From positions 1 to 27,430 of IMG/VR virus record IMGVR_UViG_3300020381_000894: a stretch of 27,430 bases of DNA; one strand, given 5' to 3'. Below, piece after piece: positions 1 to 8,199 of the stretch. The notes under the pieces are model-generated. The model did not search any database, had not been told where the DNA came from, and worked only from the letters and a program-made list of their open reading frames with translations. Within the stretch, counting starts at the first letter, position 1. The number at the start of each line of letters is the position of its first letter. Position numbers and translations under genes: made by a program. This DNA is from a virus (taxonomy: Duplodnaviria > Caudoviricetes).

Positions 1-1
1 A

Positions 2-628
2 AATGTTAACAAAGTTACATTTGAAATTTGGTCAGGTGGTGGTGCAGGAGCAGGCGGAACATGCTGTAACTGTTGTAAACACTCAGCAGGTGGATCAGGT
101 GGAAACTACGGTGTAAAAACTATCACTACATCAGCCGGTTGTGCATATACCATATGTGCTGGCGGAACATGGCCTTGCAGTAAATCACATACTTGTGGAG
201 CTAGTATGGGATGTCGTTCTTACGTAAATGGACACAACTTATCTAACTTCTGTGTAACTGGTGGTTGCTCGGGTTGGATGTGTAACGGAGATGCATGGGG
301 ACCAAGACATACACAGACCTGTGCTAACTGTTTAATTTGTGGAATATTTGGAGCAGATTTTGGAATAATGGGATCAACTGGAGTTTCAGGTGGTCATGGA
401 GGATGTCAATGTAAATCAGCAGACTGGATGCAAACTGGTGTTGCACCGTTTGTAGGTAAAATGGGTGTACACGCACACGCAGAAGCATGGTGTGGTTGTG
501 CATGTTATACCAACTGGCCATCTGGTGGTGGAATGACAGGAACAAGTTCTTATTGTGGAAACTGGGCAAGTTGTTGTGCAGGTGGCAATATGGGCGGTTC
601 TGGAATAGTAAAGATAACATACGCATAG
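2..628 (+). CDS. Cys/Gly-rich tail-fibre-like protein (Gly-rich fibre domain), 5'-truncated by the window; paralog of 638..1474
   Basis: The frame of ORF 206..628 is open back to position 2 (NVNKVTFEIWSGGGAGAGGTCCNCC...). It aligns by eye with 638..1474, sharing NGHNLSNFC-x-TGGCSGWMCNGDAWGPRH, and ends GGSGIVKITY as phage Gly-rich fibre domains do. Confidence 0.7.
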   Translation, partial: NVNKVTFEIWSGGGAGAGGTCCNCCKHSAGGSGGNYGVKTITTSAGCAYTICAGGTWPCSKSHTCGASMGCRSYVNGHNLSNFCVTGGCSGWMCNGDAWGPRHTQTCANCLICGIFGADFGIMGSTGVSGGHGGCQCKSADWMQTGVAPFVGKMGVHAHAEAWCGCACYTNWPSGGGMTGTSSYCGNWASCCAGGNMGGSGIVKITYA

Positions 629-1206
629 GGAAATAGAATGGCAACATACGCAAGTTATAAAAAAGTAGCAACAGATTCGATAGTAGACGGTTCTCTTACT
701 GCTGATGATTTGGCACCAGGTGCTGGTCACAGTATGGGTGTACAATGGATCTATAACGAAAGAGGTTTTAGATGTCATATGTGTGCAAGACAATCTGGTT
801 GTTGTGAACAAGCAAATGGTAAATGTTGTTATTGGTGTGTACCAACTGGTGTATCAACTGTTCAATTTGAAATTTGGTCAGGTGGCGGCGGTGGAGCAGG
901 AATGACTTGCTGTAACTGTTGTTCATTTACTACAGGAGGTGGTGGTGGTAACTATGCATCTAAAACAATTTCTACCTCGCCAAACTGTAAATATTCAGTT
1001 TGTGCAGGAGGTTCATGGCCTTGTGGTAAATCACATGGTTGCGTACCTGGCATGGGTTGTAAAAGTTATGTTAACGGACACAATCTAAGCAACTTCTGTA
1101 CAACAGGTGGTTGTTCGGGTTGGATGTGTAATGGTGATGCTTGGGGTCCAAGACACTCACATTCATGTTCAAACTGTAATATTTGTGGAATATTTGGAGC
1201 AGATTT
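335..1206 (+). repeat. Dispersed DNA identity between the two fibre paralogs (26-bp exact match 335-360 / 1181-1206; 21-bp match 19-39 / 865-885)
   Basis: atttgtggaatatttggagcagattt and atttgaaatttggtcaggtgg each occur twice, in equivalent codons of the two genes. Confidence 0.85.
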
Positions 1207-1474
1207 CGGAATGATGGGATCATCAGGATGGGAACCAGGACATGGCGGATGTCACTGTTGGTATACATATTCAGGAACAGGATCTGCACCACAATTTGGT
1301 AGAATGCAGGTGGGTGTAACCAACGTTGCATGGTGTTCATGTGGATGCCACATTGATTGGCCAGCTGGTGGCGGACAATCAGGTGTAAGTTCATACTGCG
1401 GAAACTGGGCTAAATGTTGCGGTGGTGGATCAGGACAGGGTGGTTCTGGTGTTGTAAGAATAACTTTCATGTAA
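638..1474 (+). CDS. Cys/Trp/Gly-rich tail-fibre-like protein (Gly-rich fibre domain)
   Basis: 278 aa with the scaffold VPTGVSTVQFEIWSGGGGG...GGGGGNY...GGSGVVRITF typical of phage Gly-rich fibre domains. I count 30 Cys and 11 Trp. It lies directly upstream of a tail assembly chaperone. Confidence 0.7.
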   Translation: MATYASYKKVATDSIVDGSLTADDLAPGAGHSMGVQWIYNERGFRCHMCARQSGCCEQANGKCCYWCVPTGVSTVQFEIWSGGGGGAGMTCCNCCSFTTGGGGGNYASKTISTSPNCKYSVCAGGSWPCGKSHGCVPGMGCKSYVNGHNLSNFCTTGGCSGWMCNGDAWGPRHSHSCSNCNICGIFGADFGMMGSSGWEPGHGGCHCWYTYSGTGSAPQFGRMQVGVTNVAWCSCGCHIDWPAGGGQSGVSSYCGNWAKCCGGGSGQGGSGVVRITFM

Positions 1475-1478
1475 AGAT

Positions 1479-1486
1479 GATAAATA
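1479..1486 (+). promoter_or_regulatory. T4-type late promoter motif (GATAAATA)
   Basis: Intergenic GATAAATAC followed by an AGGAG RBS and ATG at 1507; resembles the T4 TATAAATA / marine myophage NATAAATA motif. Confidence 0.55.
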
Positions 1487-1506
1487 CTTATAGGAGCATA
1501 TAAGCA

Positions 1507-2295
1507 ATGAGAAAAATAGAAAAAACATTTCAGTATCCAATTTGGGATGAATGGAGAAAAAATAGTTTTACTCAGGGTAGAACTGGAACTTTCACATACA
1601 AAGGTCCTGAGTTCCTAACTTTTGAAATCAACAGTGATAAAAGCAGTGAAGATTATGGAACAGAAACTGGATGGTGCATGTGGGAAAAACGTGATCTAGA
1701 AAGACCAGCAGGTGCTGATGTCACTAGAATTACTGTAGATTGTAAAGAAAATCCATTGCTCTGTGAAATTGGCAATGACGACGGACGAGAAGATATGGTA
1801 GAATTCCGTAGAGGTCGTGAATGGAAAATTTTATGGGACGCTCCAGATGGTTATATGGACGTAGAATACACAGATGAACTTGAACCACGTGACGTATATG
1901 ATGATCAAAATGTCACATATGATTTCGAAAAGGGCGAGTTTGTTATTGGTATTCATGATTGGACAGCTACCGGTTCTGATTTATCATTAACTTGGGCACA
2001 GGTTAGAGATACTAGAGATGCCGCGTTGCACGAAACAGATGCAAAAGTTGGAATGACAGATGCTCCTGAATCAATACAAACAGCGTGGAAAGAATACAGA
2101 CAAAGATTAAGAGATTTACCAGCTGTTATGGAAGCAAAGGGCTATGAACCTTGGCAAGCAGTACAGATGTTTCCTGTTATGCCTAAGGACATGAGAGAGC
2201 CTGATGAAGCATCAGATCCAAATGATCCATATAGAGATGGTGCATTTGCTGTTGATGTGGCTGTCGCCGCACAAAAAGCCGCAGGCAAGAAATAA
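1507..2295 (+). CDS. Phage tail (fibre) assembly chaperone domain protein with long acidic N-terminal region
   Basis: C-terminal WAQVRDTRDAALHETD...DAP...W-KEYRQRLRDLP matches the phage tail assembly chaperone signature; AGGAG RBS; adjacent to fibre-like genes. Confidence 0.75.
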   Translation: MRKIEKTFQYPIWDEWRKNSFTQGRTGTFTYKGPEFLTFEINSDKSSEDYGTETGWCMWEKRDLERPAGADVTRITVDCKENPLLCEIGNDDGREDMVEFRRGREWKILWDAPDGYMDVEYTDELEPRDVYDDQNVTYDFEKGEFVIGIHDWTATGSDLSLTWAQVRDTRDAALHETDAKVGMTDAPESIQTAWKEYRQRLRDLPAVMEAKGYEPWQAVQMFPVMPKDMREPDEASDPNDPYRDGAFAVDVAVAAQKAAGKK

Positions 2296-2347
2296 TTTTC
2301 ATTACAATTTAAAAAGCCAGTATTACCTATCACCTTGACTACTACTC

Positions 2348-2355
2348 CATAAATA
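2348..2355 (+). promoter_or_regulatory. T4-type late promoter motif (CATAAATA)
   Basis: Intergenic, upstream of the AGGAG RBS (2366-2370) and GTG start at 2378 of the enzyme block. Confidence 0.5.
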
Positions 2356-2377
2356 TTTGCATATTAGGAGCAATATT

Positions 2378-3442
2378 GTGTCAAGAAAAAAAGCATATTT
2401 TATGAACGGTGGTGCAGGTAGAACAGTAGCTAGTATTCCTGCTTTTGAAAAGTTATATGAAAAAGACAAAGATTTTATAATTGTTTGTGAAGGAGGTATG
2501 GAATTTTATAAAGGCCATCCTCAATTACATGAACTAGCATACGATCATTGGCACAAAAATTTATTTAAGGACTACATTAAAGATAGAGACTGTATTACTC
2601 CTGAACCTTATAGAGTTTGGGAATACTACAATCAAAAATGTAGTCTAGCTCAAGCATTTGATATTGCAATTAATAATGAAGGACTACGTGAAGTACCAGA
2701 TCCTAAAATATATATGAATAAGCATGAACTTGTTCAAGGATACAAAATGGTAGAAGAAATTAAATCAGTGACAGGTAAAGATAAAGTCTTGGTTTTCCAG
2801 CCATTTGGTAGGACAGCGGAAAATATGGGCGACTTTATTATAGATGGTTCCTCAAGAAGTTTTCATTTAAATGATGTGATTAGGATTTGTAAAGACTTAA
2901 GAGATGATTATGCAATTATAATCATGTCTGAATTTCCAATAACCATAGAAGAAAATTCCAAAGTGCCAGTAGCAGTACCACAAGTACCTGATGTAAGAGT
3001 TTGGTCAAGTGTAATACAAATTGCAGATCACTTTTTAGGTTGTGATAGTTTGGGTCAACACATGGCAAAAGCACTTGGAACTACGTGTACCAGTGTAATT
3101 GGTAGTACATATCCTATTAATATTTCTTATCCTAATTCTCCAGACTTTGATATAATTGACCTAGGTGAAGGTAAAAGGAAATTTAGTCCTATTAGATTAA
3201 CAATGGAAGATGAAATTGAAAGATATAACGATGAAGTTATGGAGTTAAATGATGAAAGTTTTAAAAAAATTGTATCAAGTGTGCGTAAACGTCTTGGTAA
3301 GCCTAGGAGTTATCAAGGAACGTATAAACCACAAGAGCAACAAGGAGAAGTCTGCCCGACGCATGGGGTTGTCCACAAAAATGATGCAGGAGTAACACAC
3401 GCAAAACAACCTGCACAGATTTTAGGAAGGACAGGAAAGTGA
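2378..3442 (+). CDS. GT9-like (ADP-heptose-type, GT-B fold) glycosyltransferase
   Basis: ADHFLGCDSLGQHMAKALG resembles the GT9 DS-xx-H-x-A-x-A motif; also VFQPFG and an N-terminal GGAGR loop. Start moved from TTG 2357 to GTG 2378 because AGGAG lies 7 nt upstream. Confidence 0.65.
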   Translation: MSRKKAYFMNGGAGRTVASIPAFEKLYEKDKDFIIVCEGGMEFYKGHPQLHELAYDHWHKNLFKDYIKDRDCITPEPYRVWEYYNQKCSLAQAFDIAINNEGLREVPDPKIYMNKHELVQGYKMVEEIKSVTGKDKVLVFQPFGRTAENMGDFIIDGSSRSFHLNDVIRICKDLRDDYAIIIMSEFPITIEENSKVPVAVPQVPDVRVWSSVIQIADHFLGCDSLGQHMAKALGTTCTSVIGSTYPINISYPNSPDFDIIDLGEGKRKFSPIRLTMEDEIERYNDEVMELNDESFKKIVSSVRKRLGKPRSYQGTYKPQEQQGEVCPTHGVVHKNDAGVTHAKQPAQILGRTGK

Positions 3443-4080
3443 AACTAAATCCACAACAAGAACGTAATGTATTAAATGAGTTAGAAGAATCATATCAATA
3501 CCATGTTAACACTGGCGGGTTCAGTGAACCTACACGAGTGAAAGGCTCTGACAAATTAGAGACTTGGGTTATTACAGAAAACTTTTATCCTGGATGGGAG
3601 AAGTTTCTAAAGTTATTTGACGATAAAATATATGATACTAAAAAAGATAAACTTATGGATTATGTATTTTACACACAGGGTGAAATGGAATATCCAGAAG
3701 CAGTTGATCCTGAATTAGACTTTCAAAAATTTATTAAAAAATGTTTAATTGAAAGTGAATTACCAATTACTATGGGTAAATGTTTAAAAGCATGGGGATT
3801 AAAATATCCGCCAGGTTCTTATAGTGGTATGCATTGTCATCAGCCAGGCAGACAGTTATCAGTTGTAATGTTTTTAGATGATGTAATGGTATCAGAACAA
3901 TATCCGTTAGCAGGATCATTGGTAACACTACAGCCGTTTGAGCATGAAATTAATCATGTTCGTGTAAGACCAACACCGGGTGGTGTTGTTATTATGGACG
4001 GACGAGTATTTCACGGAACATATCCTACACTAAACAACCGTAGGGTATTTGTTTGTGATTTCAGTTATGAGGTAAATTAA
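3439..4080 (+). CDS. Putative 2OG-Fe(II) oxygenase (HxH...H type)
   Basis: GMHCHQPG...LSVVMFL...FHGTYP...RRVFVCD double-stranded beta-helix pattern; GTGA start/stop overlap with the upstream gene. Confidence 0.6.
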   Translation: MKLNPQQERNVLNELEESYQYHVNTGGFSEPTRVKGSDKLETWVITENFYPGWEKFLKLFDDKIYDTKKDKLMDYVFYTQGEMEYPEAVDPELDFQKFIKKCLIESELPITMGKCLKAWGLKYPPGSYSGMHCHQPGRQLSVVMFLDDVMVSEQYPLAGSLVTLQPFEHEINHVRVRPTPGGVVIMDGRVFHGTYPTLNNRRVFVCDFSYEVN

Positions 4081-4096
4081 TTAGGAGAATAAATCT

Positions 4097-5920
4097 ATGA
4101 CACAATGGATTGGTGCAATTACAAGAGGCCACAATGGTGGAGCAGTTTTATTGAAAGATGGTGAAATAGTTTTTGCAATTGAAGAAGAACGTCTAACTAG
4201 AAAGAAATATGACGGAGGACCGTTAGCCGCAATGACTAAATTCCTTGATTATACGGACAAATTAGATTATCTAGTGGTAGCTCATACACAACCTTTGGCC
4301 GATTCTAGCAGAATTGACTTTAGTGGCGGCGATATGTACACTGGTCTAGCAAGGAAACTTGGCCTCATTGATAGGTCAGACTCAGCATACGCGAGTGAAT
4401 TTGAACACAGGCAGGTAATAGACATGAGTGATATACACCATAAGCTACATGCCGCTTGTGCTTTTTATAGATCGGGATTTGATTCAGCTACAGCTTTGGT
4501 GGTCGACGGTGCAGGAACATTCATTCCTATGAATATTAATACAGGTAGGTTCCAAGATGAAACTATGACTTGGGAATGTGAAAGCATTTTTTCATGTAAC
4601 TATCCAGATGATTTTAAGACATTATATAAACACCAAGGTGGTAATGGTCCATACCCAGGTACAAAGATTGATCAAATACCTTCAGATAGAGAGCGTGAAG
4701 AAGGATATCATGAACTTGTATTGGATGATACAGCTGGAATAGTCAAAGCGTATGAGGCAGTTACACAATATTGCGGATTTCAACCAATTGAAGCTGGAAA
4801 AACCATGGGGTTAAGCCCATATGGTAAACCTTGTGATAAATTTCCACCAATTTATACAGACGGTGGCGGCGGAAAATGGAGATCTGCTGATAAAAACTTT
4901 ATCATTCCTACGTATCCTAATGCCGCCCTAGTAAATGAGTCAAAATATTCATATCTAGAGACAACAGAAGACCAACATCATAGCAGAGTAGACATGACTA
5001 CGCTAGAAAATAGAAGAAATCTTGCATACGCTGTTCAAAAAGAATCACAAGAAGAAGTTTTGAGGTTGATTTTCAAAGCAGTTGAAATGACTGGCAATAA
5101 AAATGTAGTTTTGAGCGGAGGATATGCTCTTAATTGTGTAGCAAACTATTTTTTCCTTGATGCACTTAACAAAGAAGATATAAAACTTTACGTAGAACCA
5201 GTAAGTAACGATGCAGGTACGGCAATAGGTGCGGCTATGTTACAATATCATCAAACTACAAAAGATCGAAAAGTAAGACCTTACGCAGAAACAATATACG
5301 AAGGTTTTGAATATCATTATTCATTAAATGACATATCAGCCATTGCAGAAAAGTATGGAGCAAATGTTGTTGATGCAGATAATAAGAGTGTTGTAGATTT
5401 ATTAACAACAAAGAATATTGTAACTATATTTCAAGGAAGATCAGAAAACGGTCCAAGAGCATTAGGTAACAGAAGTATTTTATTTGATCCTACACACGAA
5501 GATGGTAAGGATTTTGTCAATAAAGTTAAAAGAAGAGAATACTTTAGGCCGTTCGCTGGTTCAATCTTGCTTGAACATGCTCATGACTGGTTTGATATGA
5601 AGGATATGGAGCAGTCACCCCATATGATGTATGCAATGGATTGCCAAGAAGGAGTAGCAGAAAAGATTCCTAGTATAATTCATATAGACGGAACTTGTAG
5701 AATACAAACTGTAACCAGAGAACAAAACAAAAATTACTATGATCTGATCGAAGAATTTTATAAAAAAACAAACATACCAATTATTTTCAATACAAGTTTT
5801 AATCTTGCAGGTGAACCATTGGTTGAAACACTAGATGATGCGATAAGAACTTTGTACAATAGTGAAATGGAGTACTGTTATCTACCCGAGTATGGTAAAT
5901 TAATAGAAATGAAGAATTAA
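4097..5920 (+). CDS. O-carbamoyltransferase, NodU/CmcH/TobZ family
   Basis: Motifs EEERLTRKK, HHKLHAACAF, VDGAG, GKTMGLSPYG, SGGYALNCVAN, DAGTAIGAA, GPRALGNRS, KRREYFRPFA, HIDGTCRIQTV and NTSFNLAGEP; 607 aa; AGGAG RBS. Confidence 0.93.
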   Translation: MTQWIGAITRGHNGGAVLLKDGEIVFAIEEERLTRKKYDGGPLAAMTKFLDYTDKLDYLVVAHTQPLADSSRIDFSGGDMYTGLARKLGLIDRSDSAYASEFEHRQVIDMSDIHHKLHAACAFYRSGFDSATALVVDGAGTFIPMNINTGRFQDETMTWECESIFSCNYPDDFKTLYKHQGGNGPYPGTKIDQIPSDREREEGYHELVLDDTAGIVKAYEAVTQYCGFQPIEAGKTMGLSPYGKPCDKFPPIYTDGGGGKWRSADKNFIIPTYPNAALVNESKYSYLETTEDQHHSRVDMTTLENRRNLAYAVQKESQEEVLRLIFKAVEMTGNKNVVLSGGYALNCVANYFFLDALNKEDIKLYVEPVSNDAGTAIGAAMLQYHQTTKDRKVRPYAETIYEGFEYHYSLNDISAIAEKYGANVVDADNKSVVDLLTTKNIVTIFQGRSENGPRALGNRSILFDPTHEDGKDFVNKVKRREYFRPFAGSILLEHAHDWFDMKDMEQSPHMMYAMDCQEGVAEKIPSIIHIDGTCRIQTVTREQNKNYYDLIEEFYKKTNIPIIFNTSFNLAGEPLVETLDDAIRTLYNSEMEYCYLPEYGKLIEMKN

Positions 5921-6525
5921 TGTTACAAAATCTATATGCTATACCTGTTTATAAAACTAAATTACCTGAACACGAAAAAGTACAGAAGGATTTTGAAGAT
6001 ATAATCAAAAAAGATGAGTATTTTGAAAATGTTTCATCTTGGTATAGCAATGTAGATACTACATTCGGCAACCCCGAAGCCAATCAATTACCATTCAATG
6101 AATTTATCAAGAATGCAATCATAGTTCTTAACAAATACATTACACATTTCAATATAGATGCACCACTAAGATACGGAGTTGAGTGTTGGCTCAATAGATA
6201 TAAGAAAGATTGTTACCAAGAAGTTCATAATCATGCCGGCCGTAGTGTTTTCAGTTGTGCATACATGATGAACACTCCAAAAGATAGTGGAAATTTTGTG
6301 TTTTATAAAAACACATATGATGACTTACATGCGAGCGGCTTACCGGTATTATCAAGCAAACCATTTCAATACAATAACAGAATAACACCTCCATTAGATG
6401 AAGGTGATATCATATTTTTTCCAAGTACATTAGAACATTATGTCACAGGAAACAAAACAAACAACCATAGAGCTACAATTAGTGCAAATTTTATTCTGGA
6501 GTTAAAAGAAAATGAAGAAAAATAG
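5920..6525 (+). CDS. Putative 2OG-Fe(II) oxygenase (TIGR02466-like)
   Basis: WLNRY...HNH...SCAY...EGDIIFFPSTLEHYV...RATISANF; TAATG overlap with the upstream gene. Confidence 0.8.
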   Translation: MLQNLYAIPVYKTKLPEHEKVQKDFEDIIKKDEYFENVSSWYSNVDTTFGNPEANQLPFNEFIKNAIIVLNKYITHFNIDAPLRYGVECWLNRYKKDCYQEVHNHAGRSVFSCAYMMNTPKDSGNFVFYKNTYDDLHASGLPVLSSKPFQYNNRITPPLDEGDIIFFPSTLEHYVTGNKTNNHRATISANFILELKENEEK

Positions 6526-7240
6526 CATAGATGAATATGAAGCATTTGAAATAAACCCAGGGTATTCAACATTCGTTGAAACATTCAAACCTGGCAACGA
6601 GAAAAATAAAGATAAATGGGTAAAAGTTGTTATTGTTGATGACTTTTATAAAAATCCTGCAATGGTCAGACAACTAGCATTAGATATTCCTGCATCACAA
6701 AATAAAAGAATACGCGGGGGTAATCCAGCATTAAGAATAAATGCATTTTATGATCTTTCTCCTATGGCTTGGGTGTTTGATCAATTAATAAGAACACACT
6801 TTCACGAAGAAGCCAGCCAACTTCCTTTAAACTATCTTGAACAAAGTTTTACAAATGCAACATTCATGGTAAATGTAATGCAAACTAAGACATTGCCACC
6901 CATTGGACCACACATGGACAGTCCATCAGGACTTAATTTTGCAAGTACGATATATCTAAACGATCCTAACGAGTCAAACGGCGGAACTAGCTTCTATACC
7001 TTTGGTGGAAAAACCAAGTATGACGATACTATGCCTAAAGGAACATATGATGTAGAGGGAAAAATGCCAATTCTTAAATATATCAATGATGATATTCATG
7101 ATTGGAGAAAGATCGGTATGGCACCTATGAAGTTTAACAGAATGGTATTGTATAAACAAGAAGTATTGCATACTGCATACGTAAAAGAGGGTATGTTTGT
7201 TGAGGACAATTATAGACTCAACCAACAATTTTTTATATAG
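6512..7240 (+). CDS. 2OG-Fe(II) oxygenase-like protein (DUF6445-like)
   Basis: VIVDDFYKNP, PHMD, IYLN...GGTSFY, KFNRMVLY...LHTA and RLNQQFF. Confidence 0.7.
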   Translation: MKKNSIDEYEAFEINPGYSTFVETFKPGNEKNKDKWVKVVIVDDFYKNPAMVRQLALDIPASQNKRIRGGNPALRINAFYDLSPMAWVFDQLIRTHFHEEASQLPLNYLEQSFTNATFMVNVMQTKTLPPIGPHMDSPSGLNFASTIYLNDPNESNGGTSFYTFGGKTKYDDTMPKGTYDVEGKMPILKYINDDIHDWRKIGMAPMKFNRMVLYKQEVLHTAYVKEGMFVEDNYRLNQQFFI

Positions 7241-7248
7241 GAGACATT

Positions 7249-7824
7249 ATGGAAAATGATTTTAATGGAATAGAAGAATATAAGCATTGCTTTCCTTTAG
7301 ACTATTGCAAAAAACTTATAGAAACTTTTGAACAACGTGCAAGTATGCAGTTAACTGAACATCAAACTGGTTTTAAGAATCAAGATGAAAGAATCTTTAT
7401 GGACATGGCAAATCATAACAACATGTTTCATGTTGATGCAGACTTGTGTAAGTTTTTTTATCAAACTGTAATGACGACATACGAAGAGAAGTATAGAAAA
7501 AAATATGATAGCTTAGGAGCAGTTGTGCAACACTCTCCCAAAGGAATGAGCATTCAAAAAACAAGACCACACCAAGGATACCATGCTTGGCATTGTGAGA
7601 ATGCAGATTTATGCACATCTTCAAGGTTAATGGCATATACTTTATACCTTAATACAGTTGAAGAAGGCGGAGAGACAGAATTTTTGTACCAAGGTGTAAA
7701 AATAAAACCTGAACCAGGTAAATTAGCAATATTTCCAGCGTACTATACGCACCCTCATAGGGGAAATCCAATATACAAAGGCATAAAATATATTGTATCT
7801 GGTTGGTATACTTTTGATGAATAG
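7249..7824 (+). CDS. 2OG-Fe(II) oxygenase, prolyl-4-hydroxylase-like (cyanophage type)
   Basis: YHAWHCE...YLNTVEEGGETEF...IFPA..THPHRGNP...KYIVSGW; AGGAG RBS. Confidence 0.88.
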   Translation: MENDFNGIEEYKHCFPLDYCKKLIETFEQRASMQLTEHQTGFKNQDERIFMDMANHNNMFHVDADLCKFFYQTVMTTYEEKYRKKYDSLGAVVQHSPKGMSIQKTRPHQGYHAWHCENADLCTSSRLMAYTLYLNTVEEGGETEFLYQGVKIKPEPGKLAIFPAYYTHPHRGNPIYKGIKYIVSGWYTFDE

Positions 7825-7833
7825 GAGATTACA

Positions 7834-8199
7834 ATGAGATTACTAATAGCAGTATTAGTTTTATTTACAACGGTAGCTGTAATCACAGATACAAGAGCTA
7901 GTGCAGGCGAATGGCAAGAAAAACCTGTGATGTGTGGTGACGAATTTGAAGTTTTTGGACTTATGGGTGAAAAAGATGAACAACTATTATTTACAGGTGA
8001 CATAATTATAAAACCTAGAGACCCTGATGAAGCAAATGGATTATCAAACACACCAGCTATATTACCATTAGCTGTTTATGTGAATCTTGACACTAAAACA
8101 TTTACTATTGTAGAACGTCATGGCGATCCATATAACACATATTGTATTATCGGCTTTGGTCAAGGCTTTACATTTCCTGACTATGGAGTAATTAAGTGA
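7834..8199 (+). CDS. Hypothetical exported protein with signal peptide
   Basis: MRLLIAVLVLFTTVAV...RASA: basic and hydrophobic N-terminus with an AxA cleavage site; two Cys; AGGAG RBS. Confidence 0.65.
   Translation: MRLLIAVLVLFTTVAVITDTRASAGEWQEKPVMCGDEFEVFGLMGEKDEQLLFTGDIIIKPRDPDEANGLSNTPAILPLAVYVNLDTKTFTIVERHGDPYNTYCIIGFGQGFTFPDYGVIK

Noticed and set aside
2-1474. Diversity-generating retroelement template/variable repeat pair
   Set aside because: Both copies are coding, the differences are largely synonymous and not confined to adenines, and no reverse transcriptase is in the window.
638-1474. Cys-rich protein as multiheme cytochrome, ferredoxin, metallothionein or RiPP precursor
   Set aside because: There is no CxxCH, no complete CxxCxxCxxxC and no radical SAM, YcaO or LanM gene nearby. 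The length and Gly-rich scaffold fit a fibre domain.
2296-2377. Intrinsic terminator after the chaperone gene (also checked 11005-11061)
   Set aside because: No convincing GC-rich stem followed by a U-tract.
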